In this document: positions 59,101-64,000 of the stretch, in pieces
How positions within the stretch are numbered: the first letter of the stretch is position 1
Layout of the letters: every line of letters starts with the position of its first letter
Assembly: GCA_963662465.1 (NCBI GenBank)
Contig: OY759599.1
Coordinates: forward strand, 2,112,001-2,176,000
Direction: 5' to 3'
Length of the DNA: 64,000 nt
Origin: Desulfatiglandales bacterium
Lineage (GTDB): Bacteria > Desulfobacterota > DSM-4660 > Desulfatiglandales > Desulfatiglandaceae
Notes under the pieces: model-generated
Databases searched by the model: none
The model's input: only the letters and a program-made list of their open reading frames with translations
What the model was told of the DNA's origin: nothing
Made by a program: the position numbers and the translations under genes

Positions 59101-60568
59101 CTGGATCCGAGTGTGGTGGGGCATAAATTTGCGTCCCTGGCACGGGCGAAACATTTGGGGTTAGCGGTTCCTTCAGCCATCGCCATCAGGGTTGAAGCCA
59201 ACGAATTTTACCGCCGGAAGAAATTCTGGCCCAAAGACCTTCAGCGCGAAATCCAGGACTTGGCTAGGGAAATCGGCCTTTCCAAAGGTGTTTCGGTACG
59301 GTCCTCATCCACCCAAGAGGACCTCGAGGGAAAAAGCTTTGCCGGCCAGTATGAGACCTATCTGGATATACGGGACGAAGTTGATTTAAAGGACAAGATT
59401 CAAAAATGCTGGAAAAGCGCTGAATCGCAACTTGTTTTTGATTATCTTAACGATCGATCGGGTCTAAATGAAGCGCCGCCCATGTCTGTCGTGATTCAAA
59501 GGATGGTCCATGCCAAAGCGGCCGGGGTTGCGTTCAGCCGAAATCCCATGTACCCATTAAGGGACGAGGTGGTCGTCGAAGGCGTCCCCGGTTTGGGCGA
59601 TAAGCTGGTTAGCGGCCATGTCACCCCTTATCGTGTCTTTGTCAAAAGCGGTCGCATCGTAAAAGATAAAACCACTTTCAAAATGAACCCATCAAACGAT
59701 GTGGTCATAGCGAATATAAAGTGGCGCGAAATCGCGGCATTGGCCAAAAAGGCCGAGGCGAATGCGGGCAGGAAACCCCAGGACATCGAATGGGCCATTG
59801 ACGGCAACGACATGCTGTGGCTTCTCCAGTCTCGCCCCATTACGACCATTACTGAAACAGACCTCAAGGCGCCTCCCGGAACCTGGACGCGAAAGATCGC
59901 GGAGGATCTCTGGGCAGACCGCCTCACGCCCTTACTGGCTGATGCCATGCTTAAAAATGCACCCCGGTTTGATCTGTCAAGAAACTCGGAATTCTTGAAA
60001 GTTCCCGTCATTAAACCGGCCATGTCCGTCATCAACGGATTCCTTTATGTCAACTGTGAAAGCCTGAAGCAGGTTCTGACCCTGGTTCCGGACAAACTCC
60101 GCATCAATGAACTTCGAAGCCTGTTCCCGCCGGGGTTCGAAATCGATTCCGTACCGTCGCCCTCCGCAAAAAAGCTGCTTTCATTTGCTGTTCGGGCAAT
60201 ATGCCTGAGCTTCCCGCAGCCCCAGGGGAACCCTCTCTTTTGCCGACATCTCTCCCGCCGGCACCTGAAAAAGCTGAAAGAAAATCTGAACAGAATTGAG
60301 CGCTTACCCGATGCCACGGCCGCACAGGCGCTAAGCAAAACCAAGGAGTCCATCGAATGCCTCGCGCTTCTTCAGGAAAAAAACCAGTGGCCCTATCTTT
60401 ACGCCACGGTTTTCACCTGGGCGTTGAGATGGGTGGTTATGGACCTGGGAGAGCTGTCCTACTCAGATTTTCTTTACCTTCTGAGTGCAAACACCGACAA
60501 TATTACCACCCATATCGAAGTTGAGATGAGGAAGCTGACGGCATCGGTTAGAAATGACGAGACGGTCT
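59101..60568 (+). pseudogene. Second, truncated copy of the 51049-53457 phosphotransferase
   Basis: Long near-identical DNA to about 51085-52550. Lacks the first codons and is cut at about 60569 by an IS21-type end. Confidence 0.85.
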
Positions 60569-60827
60569 TGGGCGCTAACCAAAATGGAACCAGTTTTGCT
60601 ACTCCAAACGGAACCAGATATTGCGCACTGGTCTTTTCCTTTTAGAAGGGTTTTCTTGTAAATTTGTTAGAGGTTGCATGAAAGAGTATATCAGATGGTA
60701 TTTTAAAAATGCTGGTGAGACACGTAGCGTTCTGGTTGAAGAATCAGTGATGAGGATACCATCAATATGGTGATGGCAGAGAAGAGGGGATTAGATTTTT
60801 CGGTTAAGGGCAATGCTTATTGAGGAA

Positions 60828-61025
60828 CTATTTGTCTATGTCATAGTCGTCCGGTAAATTCAGGAGGCCTCCCTTCGCCAATTGATCCTCAATCAAATAT
60901 CCAATTTCCCCGTTTTTTTTCAGCTGTAGAATCATCCATTTGGGGAGACGAATGGTGAGCAGTTCACGTCTCAAATGTTCCGGTTTCTTTCTTCGGCCGG
61001 CGCCTACCCGTTTTCCACCTCTCAT
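60828..61025 (-). CDS. Small basic DNA-binding-like protein
   Basis: MRGGKRVGAGRRKK...LTIRLPKW (AT-hook/RHH-like). Confidence 0.55.
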   Translation of the reverse strand: MRGGKRVGAGRRKKPEHLRRELLTIRLPKWMILQLKKNGEIGYLIEDQLAKGGLLNLPDDYDIDK

Positions 61026-61123
61026 TTCAAGCTCCAAGACAAGGTAATTTCTGATATTCGTGTAACGAGATTCAAACAGACCGGTGATATTCAGACCTCA
61101 AAACCGGCCCTTTGGCGAACATC

Positions 61124-61843
61124 TCATTTTCTGAGGGAAGGACCATCAATATGAATGTTGATGCAGCGATGGTTGAGACGATCCAGCAAGGCATCGACCA
61201 TGTCCTTTGGTTCAAGCAGCGAATACCATTGTTCAGGTTGAAGATTGGTCGTAATAATTGTGGACCGACCGGCTTCATAGCGATCTTTCATGAGTTTAAA
61301 AAAGGCGTTCATCTGCTCTTTTTTGAGGGTCAGGTATCCCAGTTCATCGAGCAGAAGCAGGTCATATCTGCAAAGGGCATTGAGGAGTTTCGGGGTGGAC
61401 CGATCTGCCAAAGACGCATAGAGCTGATCCAGCAAATCCTGAACATTATAAAAACGCCCCCGGTACCCGGCAATAATGGCTTGACGAAGGATCCCCACGG
61501 CCAATCCCGTTTTGCCGACGCCGGTTTTTCCATGGAACACGATGTTTTCTCTTCGGCTGATAAAGTCAAGGCCGGACAACGTCATGATCCGGCTCTTCTG
61601 TATTCCCGGCTGAAGATCAAACGGAAAGGAGTTGAGGGTCCATTCCCATGGAAGCTTTGCAATCTGGACCCGATAGATCATGCTGCGCTCCTGCCGGAAA
61701 CGTAATTCCTCAGCCAGGAGATTGTAGATGACCTCGTGAATGGAAAAACCGTTCTTTTCAGCCGAAGCCAACTGTTCTTCGAGAGCCTTCAGCATGCCTT
61801 TAAACTTCAAATCAATGAGTAACTGTTCAATTTTCTTTTTCAT
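61124..61843 (-). CDS. istB: IS21 helper ATPase IstB
   Basis: GKTGVGKT, LLLLDELGY, IITTNL and ALLDRL. Confidence 0.92.
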   Translation of the reverse strand: MKKKIEQLLIDLKFKGMLKALEEQLASAEKNGFSIHEVIYNLLAEELRFRQERSMIYRVQIAKLPWEWTLNSFPFDLQPGIQKSRIMTLSGLDFISRRENIVFHGKTGVGKTGLAVGILRQAIIAGYRGRFYNVQDLLDQLYASLADRSTPKLLNALCRYDLLLLDELGYLTLKKEQMNAFFKLMKDRYEAGRSTIITTNLQPEQWYSLLEPKDMVDALLDRLNHRCINIHIDGPSLRK

Positions 61844-63222
61844 AGATCAAAAAAGTCTCCCGCGATATAATCGAGAATAATGTTTTCCAGACGCGACAAA
61901 TCAAAAAGTCCATATTTAAGCGCCTGTGTTATGGCTTTCAAAAAAGGTTCCCCGGGATAAGTGCGTTTCAGATGAAGCAACCGACGTAACTTGACCACAC
62001 CGCGACCGTGACTTCTTTTCTTCAGTTCAGCCACATACTCATCCAGGATGGCATCCTCTCCCGTCAACAGCTGTTCTTCTTTTGAAGGGATTCGGGGATC
62101 TTTTTTTCTTCGAATGGGAACATGGTGACCGGGCAGGGTTGTTCGGGTGTTGCGTTTATCCAGTATGCGGTCATGTTCCGCCACTTTTGTGTTTTTGTCG
62201 TAAACGATGACCTTGAGCCAATGTTTCTGTACTTCCAGGGAGTTCCCAATCAGCGCTTCAGGGACTGAATAGCGGTTGGTGTCCAAGTGCACATATCCCT
62301 GAACATCGGCTACCCTGTGTTCTGCCACATAGACTGGCGGCTGGTATGCCGGTAAATCAATGAGATATGGCTTTTCAATGACATAGGCCTCATCCGGCGT
62401 CATCCCTAAAGCCCGTTTAAACTTTTTATCGCTTGTATTCCGGCACCAGTCGATTGCCTGCCGGTTCAAATCCTGCCAGCTAACAAATGTTCTACCGGGA
62501 AGAAAATTGTTTTCCACAAAATGAAAAGGCCTTTCCACACGAGCACTTCGATTGGCGTCTCCTACAGCATGGGCCTCAAACCGGGTTCCATACATATCGC
62601 CGAAGTATTTCATTTCAGGCGCAATCAATGCATCAGGCCCGGTGCCGCCGGCCACAATAACATTGGTGTTGTCAACCATGCACCGGGAACACACCCCGTC
62701 CATAAACTCGAATGCTTTTTTTAGGAAAACCTTGCACTCAAACCGGGTAAAACAGGGGTAATACTGAATAAAAATCCTTCGGCAAAAGGCCAGGGTCAGG
62801 GACGCGCACTGGGTCGACATTTTTTTCCCATTAATGACAACCAGATGGGGTGACGTATCATGCTGCATCTCCTGACCGGGTTTAAAATGGTATTGGCCCG
62901 CCCGTCTTTTTTTACGTTCCCGGATCTCGTACTTTCTCATAATCCAGGTCAGACTCTGATAAGGGATTTTGATCTGTTGGCGGCTTTCCAGTTCCTCGGC
63001 TACTCGCACGGCATTTCCTTTACATTCCTTGAAAAGCTCGCGGATCAACGGGACATGTTCTTCATACCGGGAGTTCCTTTGGGGTACCGCCTCTTCGTCA
63101 TGATCATCTAAAACCTTCGTGACGGTATTGCGACCGGCCTTCAGGGTTTTGGCGATGTCGCGCAAACTCATGCCGGTTTTTTTCAATTCCACAATGGCAT
63201 CTTTTTTGGATTGTCGGATCAT
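61840..63222 (-). CDS. istA: IS21 transposase IstA
   Basis: N-terminal HTH, PGQEMQHD, VDN, RVERPF and NRYSVP. Confidence 0.9.
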   Translation of the reverse strand: MIRQSKKDAIVELKKTGMSLRDIAKTLKAGRNTVTKVLDDHDEEAVPQRNSRYEEHVPLIRELFKECKGNAVRVAEELESRQQIKIPYQSLTWIMRKYEIRERKKRRAGQYHFKPGQEMQHDTSPHLVVINGKKMSTQCASLTLAFCRRIFIQYYPCFTRFECKVFLKKAFEFMDGVCSRCMVDNTNVIVAGGTGPDALIAPEMKYFGDMYGTRFEAHAVGDANRSARVERPFHFVENNFLPGRTFVSWQDLNRQAIDWCRNTSDKKFKRALGMTPDEAYVIEKPYLIDLPAYQPPVYVAEHRVADVQGYVHLDTNRYSVPEALIGNSLEVQKHWLKVIVYDKNTKVAEHDRILDKRNTRTTLPGHHVPIRRKKDPRIPSKEEQLLTGEDAILDEYVAELKKRSHGRGVVKLRRLLHLKRTYPGEPFLKAITQALKYGLFDLSRLENIILDYIAGDFFDL

Positions 63223-64000
63223 AATTGGGTCGCTTTCTTGAGTTCCAGTGCTTGTTTTTCTATCTTTTTCACCCAGGTTTTGAGCGTTTGTTTCTTCAAC
63301 TGATCGCTTTTTGGGTAATGGACATGCGAAACGGTTTTCACCAGACGTTTGAGAACCGCATATACCATTTCAATATCCTTGAACCATTTGCCTTCCGGTC
63401 CATCATGAACTTCTTTGGCTTGTTTAGACTGGGTTCTTTGTTCGAGAACTTTTATGAAAAGGGATGGATTTTCCAGCATGTGGTCTCGAACAGACCGGTT
63501 GCTTTTCTGGTAATGTGCGTAGAAACGGGCCAGTTCCCTTGTGGATAGAGGTTCTTTTTCCAGGTGGGCCAACAGTTTTTGTGCGTCTTCACCGTTGGCG
63601 CGCGCCAACGGCGCCATGACATGGCTGGCAGCCCAGGTTGAAAGTGAGCCTGCAATCACGGTTCTCAAAATATTTTCCGGCAGGGCTTCAACCAGGTCCA
63701 GCCGCCGTTTTACAAAACTCTTGTCGCGCCCTATTCGGGTTGCAATATGGGAGAGGCTGCACCCAAAACGCCGATGTAATTCCTGAAGTAAAACAGACTG
63801 CTCAATGACTTCCCATTGCCGTTCATTGGCCTTGGTTAAAAGCGAAAACATGGCATTTTGTTCGTTTTCTTTTGAGAATTGGACACATATCCGGTCCTTT
63901 CCACAAGCACAAAGCGCTCGAACACGCAGGTAGCCATCAATCAGAATCAGTTTGTCTTTTTCTTCAATAGCCAGGGCCGGAACGATCTGCCCGTAAGTTT
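63219..64000 (-). CDS. ParB/Srx-like protein, 5' end outside the window
   Basis: The frame stays open to the edge: YGQIVPAL...LIDGYLRVRAL, then HTH LSHIATRIGRDKSFVKRRL. Its stop overlaps the istA start. Confidence 0.8.
   Translation of the reverse strand, partial: TYGQIVPALAIEEKDKLILIDGYLRVRALCACGKDRICVQFSKENEQNAMFSLLTKANERQWEVIEQSVLLQELHRRFGCSLSHIATRIGRDKSFVKRRLDLVEALPENILRTVIAGSLSTWAASHVMAPLARANGEDAQKLLAHLEKEPLSTRELARFYAHYQKSNRSVRDHMLENPSLFIKVLEQRTQSKQAKEVHDGPEGKWFKDIEMVYAVLKRLVKTVSHVHYPKSDQLKKQTLKTWVKKIEKQALELKKATQL

Larger units (their letters stand above)
60569..64000 (-). mobile_element. IS21-family element carrying a ParB-like gene and a small passenger ORF; continues beyond the window
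   Basis: End begins with TG and has direct repeats AAATGGAACCAG/AAACGGAACCAG 24 bp apart (60582, 60606); contains istA and istB. Confidence 0.8.

Noticed and set aside
1..64000. tRNA, rRNA, CRISPR arrays, prophage structural genes
   Set aside because: None recognised on either strand by eye.

Overview
This is a 64-kb accessory, defence-rich region. Gene content (phenylphosphate synthase, RAYT-type transposase, hybrid kinases) suggests an anaerobic deltaproteobacterium such as Desulfobacterales/Desulfatiglans; that assignment is inference. In order, the window holds: (1) a partial Y1/RAYT transposase; (2) a complete six-gene type 1 BREX locus (brxA-brxB-brxC-pglX-pglZ-brxL) with an MNT-HEPN pair nested between pglX and pglZ; (3) a divergent AT-rich operon encoding a sensor-less histidine kinase, a stand-alone receiver and a receiver-TIR (Cap12/Pycsar-type TIR) fusion, preceded by a 49-codon small ORF; (4) a serine hydrolase and a three-module NRPS (A-T-C-A-MT-T-C-A-T-TE) transcribed behind a STAS/RsbW-like pair, with an IS701-like element inserted just upstream; (5) hipB and a hipA split by a 124-bp insert, Fic, a giant pseudokinase-ATPase-GAF-PAS-HK-REC protein, a PilB/GspE-REC fusion and an Hpt; (6) phenylphosphate synthase alpha/beta genes, several TA modules, two copies of an RPH-like PEP-utilising phosphotransferase (one broken), other pseudogenes, a large DDE transposase and a ParB-carrying IS21-family element running off the right edge. 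The best candidate for an undescribed system is the HK-REC-REC/TIR operon, a putative phosphorelay-gated TIR NADase defence system. It and the BREX locus are each bounded by related att-like arm sequences (482-565, 14686-14909, 17856-18008), so they look like two defence cassettes integrated in tandem at one site. No tRNA, rRNA or CRISPR array was seen. All family calls come from motif recognition by eye; no database search was run.
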